DNA from: Eubacteriales bacterium
GTDB taxonomy: Bacteria; Bacillota; Clostridia; Oscillospirales; CAG-272
DNA: 64,000 nt
Direction of reading: 5' to 3'
Assembly (NCBI GenBank): GCA_045577415.1
Contig: JAZNII010000052.1
Location: 992-64,991, forward strand
Below are positions 1 to 6,743 of the stretch, piece after piece. Below the pieces are notes generated by a model. It saw nothing but the letters and a program-made list of their open reading frames with translations. It was not told the origin of the DNA and did not search any database. The first letter of the stretch is position 1. Every line of letters begins with the position of its first letter. The translations under genes and the position numbers were made by a program.

Positions 1-134
1 TCATCATCAAAAATCGTTGAACCAAAATCAGATGAATTATTACCGATGTTTCCTATATCAGTACAAGAGATAACAAAACCAATAACAGAAACAATCACTA
101 ATAAAACTATAAAATACGGAAAAATCTTTTTCAT
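1..134 (-). CDS. putative lipoprotein, N-terminal part only (gene runs off the left edge)
   Basis: ATG at 134 has a GAGGTG RBS 8 nt upstream. Translation MKKIFPYFIVLLVIVSVIGFVISCTD.. is a signal peptide with a lipobox-like VISC. Confidence 0.5.
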   Translation of the reverse strand, partial: MKKIFPYFIVLLVIVSVIGFVISCTDIGNIGNNSSDFGSTIFDD

Positions 135-165
135 GCTTATTGCACCTCATAAAAATGTTTTCTAT

Positions 166-194
166 ATTATAACACATTTTTATTTAGCAATCAA
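166..194 (-). promoter_or_regulatory. sigma-A type promoter for the left-edge lipoprotein gene
   Basis: On the minus strand TTGATT (194-189), a 17-nt spacer, then TATAAT (171-166) preceded by TGt. Confidence 0.45.
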
Positions 195-197
195 TAA

Positions 198-1055
198 TTA
201 ATTATAAAGAACAGCTCTATAATTAGCTTCATAGGAATTAACAAGAACTATGCAGAATTCTTCTGCGCCTTCAGGAATTTCAATGTCACGAATCCAGAAA
301 TCGCCTTCTTTATACGTGTCATCATTATAAGTCCATTCGTAGTTCATATTGTTGCCCTTTGCATCGAAGAACTGAATAATAGTAGTTACAGAAGCTTCGT
401 TAACAGGAACCCAAACTCTCAAAAAATCATAATTCGAAACCTTCTGAATAGCGGTTACGGATACATTATCTTGAATTACAAAAGTTTCCTTGTTGTTGCT
501 GTAATAACAACCAGCCTTGTCAACTTCTACAGAAACTTCCTGTGAGGTAAAATTCTGTTCTTTGTTAACAGAAATCTTGTACTTGCCAGCGATTCCAGCT
601 ACTTCGTAGAACTTGATCGCGTAATCTTCGATAACATGACCGTCCTCGTCCTTAGGAGCTTCGGGAGTGATCACAATTCTGCAATACTTTGCAAAACGGT
701 GGTTATCACCCTTAACGTATACGCCGTCGGTCTGGCTGTTGATCTTGTCGGTCTTGTCGATGAACTGCTTGTTAGCATCGTAATAGTACACTTGATATGT
801 ACCGATTGTTTCGAAATCGGGCTCGATCTCAAGACCCTGGCACTCGATCAGATCCTTGGTATAGATCGACTGATCGGACTCGATATAGAATCCGAGATTG
901 TTCAGAGCTCCGCGCTTGAACGCGATTGACGAAATTGTTTTCTTTTCTTCCTTTGCGATCGCGCTGATCCCGGCTATTGCGCCGACACCCAGCACTACTA
1001 CAAGCGTGATGATCAATACATTCTTCCACGGAATGTTTCGGAAAAATCTTTTCAT
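198..1055 (-). CDS. hypothetical membrane-anchored protein (single N-terminal TM, extracytoplasmic body)
   Basis: 285-aa ORF with a GAGAGG RBS. The N-terminus has a hydrophobic helix VLIITLVVVLGVGAIAGISAIA. I recognise no family. Confidence 0.55.
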   Translation of the reverse strand: MKRFFRNIPWKNVLIITLVVVLGVGAIAGISAIAKEEKKTISSIAFKRGALNNLGFYIESDQSIYTKDLIECQGLEIEPDFETIGTYQVYYYDANKQFIDKTDKINSQTDGVYVKGDNHRFAKYCRIVITPEAPKDEDGHVIEDYAIKFYEVAGIAGKYKISVNKEQNFTSQEVSVEVDKAGCYYSNNKETFVIQDNVSVTAIQKVSNYDFLRVWVPVNEASVTTIIQFFDAKGNNMNYEWTYNDDTYKEGDFWIRDIEIPEGAEEFCIVLVNSYEANYRAVLYN

Positions 1056-1090
1056 GAATTTTTAACCTCTCTTTTTTTATAAAAATTTAT

Positions 1091-1123
1091 AGGCAGAGCA
1101 TCCCGATTCGGAACACTCTGCCT
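1091..1123 (-). terminator. putative intrinsic terminator after the Rep module
   Basis: AGGCAGAG...CTCTGCCT forms an 8-bp stem, followed on the minus strand by ATAAATTTTTAT. The U-tract is interrupted, so the call is only moderate. Confidence 0.4.
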
Positions 1124-1127
1124 TGGT

Positions 1128-1271
1128 TCACTTGATTGTTATTTTGCCGTTTGAAAAAATGATCTCATTTTTACACCGGACACATTTTAGCTGAAGGTAA
1201 CGTAACTTCTTATCCTCGTCAGCTACAAAGGCAAGAAGCTTGTTGCAGCAGGGGCAACGTAATTCTTTCAA
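1128..1271 (-). CDS. small Com-like zinc-ribbon protein (47 codons, below the ORF-track cutoff)
   Basis: My own translation is (TTG)KELRCPCCNKLLAFVADEDKKLRYLQLKCVRCKNEIIFSNGKITIK*. The pattern RCPxCNKLL...KCxRCK resembles the phage Mu Com zinc ribbon. The start is uncertain (TTG 1271 or GTG 1277) and the RBS is weak. Confidence 0.4.
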   Translation of the reverse strand: MKELRCPCCNKLLAFVADEDKKLRYLQLKCVRCKNEIIFSNGKITIK

Positions 1272-1299
1272 AAACACTAATTGGTTCAAAAAATCACCC

Positions 1300-1575
1300 T
1301 TACTGTTTATTATTGGGATGTTCGTTCAGAGCGAACTTGGCGTTCTCAATAAACTTGACCGCCTGAACGAAGCCGCTGAAGTCAACGGACACATCGAGAA
1401 TATCACCGTACTGGGGTACTGCACCCTCAAGCTGATCAGGAGAGATCCAAAGCTCTCTAACAGCGAACTTGCTACCGATTGTATAAACACACTGACAAAC
1501 TACGCTATCATAGGGTTTACCGGTTTTCTTGCCAATTCCTGAACGTCTTTCTGCACTCATTACGTAAACTTTCAT
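1300..1575 (-). CDS. hypothetical 91-aa protein translationally coupled to Rep
   Basis: Its ATG overlaps the Rep stop codon (ATGA overlap at 1572-1575). Its position and size match small accessory or ssDNA-binding proteins of ssDNA replicons, but I recognise no family. Confidence 0.5.
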   Translation of the reverse strand: MKVYVMSAERRSGIGKKTGKPYDSVVCQCVYTIGSKFAVRELWISPDQLEGAVPQYGDILDVSVDFSGFVQAVKFIENAKFALNEHPNNKQ

Positions 1576-3164
1576 TTTTCTTTCTCACTTTCTTTTATTA
1601 ATTCATTTTCTTTTTTCAACTTTTTAATCTCTTTTGTCAATGATCGATATTGCCGTTCTTTTCTTACTTTAATATCACGATAACACGGCGGCTCTATAAC
1701 CGGAACTTCTCCGGTATTGGGATCTGGAGCGAAGCCGTAAAAATCATTGTCATTTAACGTGCATAGCACATCAGAAACGTCTTCCAAGAACGAATTGTCC
1801 TTATAACCGTTATTTTTGAGTATTGACATTGATGCGACCGTAGTGCATACGCGCCGCTTGGTCTTTTCAACGTCAGCATGGTGTTCGTGCTCACGCCAGA
1901 GGTCAACAATACATTTTTCGTATTCCTCAATATAGCACTCATTAATTCTGCGCCAGAAATAACAAAATCGTTCTTCTTCTGTGCCTTTCTTCTCCACGAA
2001 GCACAAAGAAGTTGACGTTAAATAGTTGCAGATCTCACTACGTAAATTTAAGATCGAGAAGATCCTAAACAAAGGCAAATCGCCTTTTTGATAAAAGCCT
2101 TTAAAAACTCCGTCTTCAAAATATGCTTTTTGATATACGTCAATAAAATTGTCGATCGAAGAATAAAACTTACGTTTAGTCTGATATTCCACATTCATTA
2201 TCAGAGTGACTGGGGGAAGGTATTTATCTACCTTTTCCCGGAGCTCGTCCGTATTGTCTGATTTTATGTAACAACTCTGCCGAACATCCGAAAGCTCTTT
2301 TTTAATTTCATCATCATAACCGTGCTCCAGGTACCAATCGATGCGACCGACAAGAAGACCGGTAACGTAGCTTTTCATCTCATAAGCCCTGGTATAAACA
2401 TAATGATCGTATGAATTAATGAGCTTGTCATTATACCACTTGTCAATGAAAAATACCTTATAGTTTTTTTCAATGACCTCGCGCGACTTGTTGTAAATTC
2501 TTACAAAAATATCGTTGCTCTTACGGTGACCGAATGAAAGATAATCAATTTCGATTTTCTTTCCGATGTCACCGACCTTGTGATATGTGCGAAGCTTGGT
2601 CTTGAGCTTTTTAATCAAAAGCCCATCGTTAAAAAATTTATACGGATTTTGAATCAGGTTAGTATGAAAAGCGTAGTCAATACGGTTTTCCTTAACTTCA
2701 TTGACCTTGAGGCTGAAAACATCAAGAAGATTTTCTACAAAGCTGAAAGATCTGCAGACCACCTGGCTTGTCCCGACTTGAACCAAAAAACGAGAACGTA
2801 GTTGTACCACTATACGTGGTGTGAGCGAATTTGGAAGAAAAGATGATATAAAAACATCAAACTCCTCATCCTGGCGTAAACAATATTCGTAATGAACAAA
2901 GCGTGTAGTTTCAAAATTAAGTCCAAAGAACTCGACGTTCTTGGAAGGTGACGTTACTTTCAGAGATCTGCAAAATTTGAGCTCTTTAAGTAAAGCCTCG
3001 ATCCCAGGAGGACAATCATTAGAATCGTCTAATATTGAAACCGTGTAATATAACGTATCTACATGAGCGCACACCTTCTCTCTACTCAAATTAAAATAAC
3101 GGTCTTGTTCTTCCGGGGAAAACTCCCCGAAAATCGGAGACGCTTTTATTTCTTTCGGTATCAT
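1572..3164 (-). CDS. Rep_trans (pT181 RepC/RepD-like) rolling-circle replication initiator or non-canonical relaxase
   Basis: Several motifs align with those I recall from pT181 RepC. RIDYAFH matches RLDLAFDF. DYLSFGHRKSNDIFVRIYNKSRE matches KYFGVRDSNRFIRIYNKKQE, which contains the active-site Tyr. MNVEYQTKRK matches WRVEIELKR. The protein also has a long C-terminal extension ending in a Lys/Glu-rich tail. Confidence 0.7.
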   Translation of the reverse strand: MIPKEIKASPIFGEFSPEEQDRYFNLSREKVCAHVDTLYYTVSILDDSNDCPPGIEALLKELKFCRSLKVTSPSKNVEFFGLNFETTRFVHYEYCLRQDEEFDVFISSFLPNSLTPRIVVQLRSRFLVQVGTSQVVCRSFSFVENLLDVFSLKVNEVKENRIDYAFHTNLIQNPYKFFNDGLLIKKLKTKLRTYHKVGDIGKKIEIDYLSFGHRKSNDIFVRIYNKSREVIEKNYKVFFIDKWYNDKLINSYDHYVYTRAYEMKSYVTGLLVGRIDWYLEHGYDDEIKKELSDVRQSCYIKSDNTDELREKVDKYLPPVTLIMNVEYQTKRKFYSSIDNFIDVYQKAYFEDGVFKGFYQKGDLPLFRIFSILNLRSEICNYLTSTSLCFVEKKGTEEERFCYFWRRINECYIEEYEKCIVDLWREHEHHADVEKTKRRVCTTVASMSILKNNGYKDNSFLEDVSDVLCTLNDNDFYGFAPDPNTGEVPVIEPPCYRDIKVRKERQYRSLTKEIKKLKKENELIKESEKEK

Positions 3165-3294
3165 AAAAAGCTATCTCCTTTTGAAGAATTTATTCATAAA
3201 AGCTGTTTGGGGAAATAGGCATTTGCCCAAACGACTTTTTATGTCAAAAAGTTAATGAATATAAGGGAAACCACGCAAAAATAACAAATTATGC

Positions 3295-3328
3295 AGGGGA
3301 CGTATTACGTATTACAATTTCGTCCCCT
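3295..3328. other. origin-like hairpin (candidate nick-site or dso structure)
   Basis: AGGGGACG (3295-3302) pairs with CGTCCCCT (3321-3328). The 18-nt loop TATTACGTATTACAATTT contains tandem GTATTAC GTATTAC repeats. Confidence 0.3.
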
Positions 3329-3344
3329 CAACGGTTTTTCGCGC

Positions 3345-3375
3345 TTTTTTTGACCGTGAATTCACGGTCAAAAAA
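3345..3375. repeat. perfect palindrome TTTTTTGACCGTGAATTCACGGTCAAAAAA
   Basis: A 30-bp perfect inverted repeat centred on GAATTC lies between the divergent rep and sngA-like genes. It could be a bidirectional terminator-like hairpin or a protein-binding or origin element. Confidence 0.6.
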
Positions 3376-3448
3376 GCTAAAAAATCGCTTGAAATTGTTA
3401 TCAATAGAATTGTACATTAAAAATTCGGCAAATTTGTTCTTTTCCCTA

Positions 3449-3477
3449 TTTACAAGCTATATTTTTTGTGGTATAAT
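3449..3477 (+). promoter_or_regulatory. sigma-A promoter of the three-gene TerB/ATPase/helicase operon
   Basis: TTTACA (3449-3454), a 17-nt spacer, then TATAAT (3472-3477) with an extended TGg. An AAAGGAGAGG RBS precedes the ATG at 3515. Confidence 0.6.
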
Positions 3478-3514
3478 AATATATTACAGAAAACTATGAA
3501 AAGGAGAGGTAAAA

Positions 3515-5302
3515 ATGTCTGAAAACGATAAAAATGACCGTCAAGATCTTGATTTTTGGAATTTGGATAAATATATAAAAAAACGTCCCTCTCCTGCTCC
3601 CGTAAGGCAGTTTTCAAAGAACGCTACCGAAGCGGTAACGATCGAGACACAGGGCAGTTCTCCCAAGGTGTCTGTCAATACCGCTAACGACAGCTCTCAT
3701 TTCTCCGATAGCAGGCTTTCCGTCAAGAGAGAAGCTGATACCGATAGCACGATAACACGCTTTATCCCCCCTCACAAGGACCCTGCATTTGCCAAGAAGT
3801 ACGTTATCGTTGAATATTTCCCCGAAAATCCATTGATAAAAAGCGTCAGGGTATGCTCCGAAAAGCCCGGAGAAAAGGTTTTCGTTGACACCAATCTTTT
3901 TATAAGAGAAAGGCGCGCCCTTCTGAACAGAAAGGCGGCGGAGTCTCCCTACGTCCCCTATTATTCATACTCTCCTCGCTACTCCCAGATGAGCCGCGCT
4001 CAGCTAAGCTATTATCTTTGGTGGCGAGAGAACACACAGAACGGAATTTTTCTTAAAGCCGACGAGTCCTATATAATCCTTTACGCGTACGAGCTTGCGG
4101 CGACGGGAGAGGGCGAGGATAAAGAGGCGGCGCTTGGTATGCTCTGTTCTCTTTTGCAGAACTACACCGATCGAGACATCAACGCCGTGTACCGCTTAAT
4201 GATAAGAGACCTTATCTGCGATTTCTGCCTCGTTCACGGAATTCCATCTCCCACTCACAAGCTTGGTGGCCTCGGCAATCAGCTTTTGTCGGGCGCGTTT
4301 CTGCCCGAATTCTTCATTGATCTGTCCGACCGTAACCGTTCAAGCGTTCTTGAAATGGGAATTGCTTCGATATCAATGTACGATTACAGAAGAAGCAAAT
4401 TCTATTCCGACGAAACAAGCAAGCTTTTCAAAAAGGCGATGAGCGGCGCTGTTGCCGCAATATTTTCCGATGACGCGGCGTTTAAAGCAGTCATGTCCTT
4501 TACCGACGGCATTTACGGTTGTGTCACCGCCGAGCGCCGTCCCTTTGCGAGAATGATAAATATCGTCAACAAAAGCGTAAAGCTTGAGATCACTTATTAC
4601 CAGCTTTCGAATATTCAGTCAGCAGTGACCGACGCAATGCGCTACTCCGAGAACAAGCTCCGCGAGTATATGGGTATCAAGAATAAGCTTCATATTATGT
4701 CGATAAACCCCCAAGTCAAAGCTGCTCTTGACGCTTATTTTTCCGAAAACTATCCCGCTATGCCCATAGTGGACAGACGGCGCAAGGCTAATGCCAACTC
4801 TGAACCCGTAGTTAATGAATACGACAAATTCTACGACGTTCCCAAGGCGGAAATATCTCCCGAACACGCTTTGGAGATAGAACGTGACTCTTGGAGTACC
4901 ACAAAAATATTGACCGAGGCGTTTTCGACCGAAGCCGACGACATTACGGAGGAAAGCACGTCTCTGAACGCTCTTCAGCTTATTATAGAACCAATCGGAG
5001 AGCCTGTGCCTCAAAAAACGGAAACAACCGTTTCCCACCTGCCTGCGACACAGCAATTGCAAATCAGTGGCGGTCTTTTGACACAGATAAAGGGAGAAAT
5101 CGGAGAAGTTGCCGATTTTATTGAGCTTTGTAAGTCGCCTACGCCCACGGAGCAACGCAGATTTGCTGCGTCACACGGCTTGTCGGTTGACGAGATAGCC
5201 GATAGCATAAACGAATGCGCCGCGAATGTTTTCGGAGATATTATCCTTGAAGACGTAGGCGGAGCGTACCGAATTATTGAAGATTATATTGACCAATTCT
5301 AA
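3515..5302 (+). CDS. sngA: TerB-N / TerB-C domain protein (Shango SngA-like)
   Basis: The central motif VPYYSYSPRYSQMSRAQLSYYLWWRENTQNGIFLKADESYIILYAYELA matches what I recall of TerB N-terminal domain proteins. The C-terminus (..SVDEIADSINECAANVFGDIILEDVGGAYRIIEDY) is TerB-C-like. It is the first gene of the operon. Confidence 0.7.
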   Translation: MSENDKNDRQDLDFWNLDKYIKKRPSPAPVRQFSKNATEAVTIETQGSSPKVSVNTANDSSHFSDSRLSVKREADTDSTITRFIPPHKDPAFAKKYVIVEYFPENPLIKSVRVCSEKPGEKVFVDTNLFIRERRALLNRKAAESPYVPYYSYSPRYSQMSRAQLSYYLWWRENTQNGIFLKADESYIILYAYELAATGEGEDKEAALGMLCSLLQNYTDRDINAVYRLMIRDLICDFCLVHGIPSPTHKLGGLGNQLLSGAFLPEFFIDLSDRNRSSVLEMGIASISMYDYRRSKFYSDETSKLFKKAMSGAVAAIFSDDAAFKAVMSFTDGIYGCVTAERRPFARMINIVNKSVKLEITYYQLSNIQSAVTDAMRYSENKLREYMGIKNKLHIMSINPQVKAALDAYFSENYPAMPIVDRRRKANANSEPVVNEYDKFYDVPKAEISPEHALEIERDSWSTTKILTEAFSTEADDITEESTSLNALQLIIEPIGEPVPQKTETTVSHLPATQQLQISGGLLTQIKGEIGEVADFIELCKSPTPTEQRRFAASHGLSVDEIADSINECAANVFGDIILEDVGGAYRIIEDYIDQF

Positions 5303-5316
5303 ATTTGGAGATCATT

Positions 5317-6723
5317 ATGAACGAAAATATGCAGAATAATATGCCACAAGTCCCTCGCCGCATCCTTTCTTCCCTGCTTTCAAGTATTTCCGCAGGCGTA
5401 GTGCCGAGGGCAGGCGCGCCATATATCGCCATCGGACGCAAGGACGAGATACAGGCGTTTCTGTCCGACCTTGAGGAGATAAATGAGGGCGGCGGCGCAA
5501 TGCGCTTTCTTATCGGTCGCTACGGAAGCGGAAAGAGCTTTCTTATCCAGCTTATACGCGGCTACTCCCTTGAACGCGATTTTCTCACCGCCGACTGTGA
5601 TCTTTCTCCCGAAAGAAAGCTGAGCGGCAGCGGAAACAGCGCGATCGCAACCTACCGCGAGCTTATGAAAAATCTCGCATCCAAGTCATCCCCCGACGGC
5701 GGCGCTCTGCCTAAGATCATCTCACGTTGGATTGGAAAAATACGCGGCGACCTGATTTCTGAGGATATTTCTCCCGACGATGAAAAATTCGAGCGCGAGC
5801 TTCAAAAAAGAATATACGCCGAGCTTTCTGAGCTTGAATTTTTAGTGGGCGGATTTGATTTTTCTCGTGTGATCCTTGAATATTACAAGGCAAGCGTATC
5901 AGACGGCGAGGAAGCCACCGCTAAAATGAGCGCTTGTCTGCGTTGGCTCCGCGGAGAGTATTCCACCAAGACCGAAGCGAAAACCGGACTTGGATTTTCG
6001 GTATCGGTCATTATAAACGATGACAACTGGTACGATTTTCTCAAGCTTTGGGCGGTTCTCTCCAAGAAAATGGGTTATCGCGGTCTGGTAGTCTTTATCG
6101 ACGAGTGCGTCAACCTTTATAAGATCCCGCACCGCGTCAGCCGCGAGAACAACTACGAAAAGATACTTTCAATGTTCAACGACACCTTACAGGGTCGCGC
6201 GCCGGGACTTGATATAATCTTTGGCGGTACTCCTCAGTTTTTAGAGGACACGAGACGCGGACTTTTCAGCTACGAGGCGCTTCGCTCCCGTCTTTGCGAC
6301 AGTAGATTTGCCCTTGACGGATTCAAAAACCTTATAGGTCCCGTAATACGATTGCGCCGACTCACCGACGACGAGCTTTTCGCTCTTATTCAGCGCGTGA
6401 CGGTGCTTTACTCACAGTTCTATCAGTGGGATTGCCGCGTCACAAACGAGGACAGATTGAAATTCCTCAATATTTGTCTCTCCCGCGCGGGCGCTGACAG
6501 TATGATAACACCTCGCGAGATGCTCCGCGACTATATGACCGTCCTCAACATACTGATGCAGAACCCCGAGGCAAGCCTTGACGACGTTGTGGGCAGTCAC
6601 GTAACGCTGAAAACCGCAAACGCCGATGATGATCTTGAACCCGAGATTATTCCAACTCAAAAAAGTGAGCAAAGCGGCGGATCGGCACCTAAAAAATTTA
6701 CGGCAAACGATATTGAATTTTAA
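5317..6723 (+). CDS. sngB: DUF2791/BrxD-like P-loop ATPase (Shango SngB-like)
   Basis: Walker A is GRYGSGKS and Walker B is GLVVFIDE. The N-terminal region (GVVPRAGAPYIAIGRKDE..) is typical of DUF2791-type ATPases. The ATG at 5317 has a GGAGA RBS, and the ORF track begins at TTG 5305. The gap to sngA is 14 nt. Confidence 0.7.
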   Translation: MNENMQNNMPQVPRRILSSLLSSISAGVVPRAGAPYIAIGRKDEIQAFLSDLEEINEGGGAMRFLIGRYGSGKSFLIQLIRGYSLERDFLTADCDLSPERKLSGSGNSAIATYRELMKNLASKSSPDGGALPKIISRWIGKIRGDLISEDISPDDEKFERELQKRIYAELSELEFLVGGFDFSRVILEYYKASVSDGEEATAKMSACLRWLRGEYSTKTEAKTGLGFSVSVIINDDNWYDFLKLWAVLSKKMGYRGLVVFIDECVNLYKIPHRVSRENNYEKILSMFNDTLQGRAPGLDIIFGGTPQFLEDTRRGLFSYEALRSRLCDSRFALDGFKNLIGPVIRLRRLTDDELFALIQRVTVLYSQFYQWDCRVTNEDRLKFLNICLSRAGADSMITPREMLRDYMTVLNILMQNPEASLDDVVGSHVTLKTANADDDLEPEIIPTQKSEQSGGSAPKKFTANDIEF

Positions 6724-6743
6724 AAAATACACAAGGAGGATTT

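Larger units (their letters stand above)
1128..3440 (-). mobile_element. rolling-circle replicon / IME-like module (Rep_trans initiator plus two small ORFs plus origin-like hairpins)
   Basis: Three co-oriented genes (Rep, a coupled 91-aa ORF, a Zn-ribbon ORF) end at a hairpin. The upstream intergenic region carries a hairpin with tandem GTATTAC repeats and a 30-bp perfect palindrome. The element borders are not defined in this window. Confidence 0.45.

Noticed and set aside
1240-1542. A 100-aa plus-strand ORF in the Rep module
   Set aside because: It is antisense to the 91-aa ORF, which is translationally coupled to rep, and to the Zn-ribbon ORF. It has no RBS.
4619-5155. A 178-aa minus-strand ORF inside the TerB-N/TerB-C gene
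   Set aside because: It is antisense to a well-supported CDS. It has an Arg/Leu-rich composition, no RBS, and it would break the tight three-gene operon.
5304-5319. An identical 14-mer TGGAGATCATTATG (both ORF models begin MEIIM) at the sngB-like start and at the mtaB start (55773-55786)
   Set aside because: It is too short to be a repeat element. It is simply the same RBS-spacer-ATG context (GGAGA + 5 nt + ATG). This actually supports choosing the second Met as the true start in both genes.
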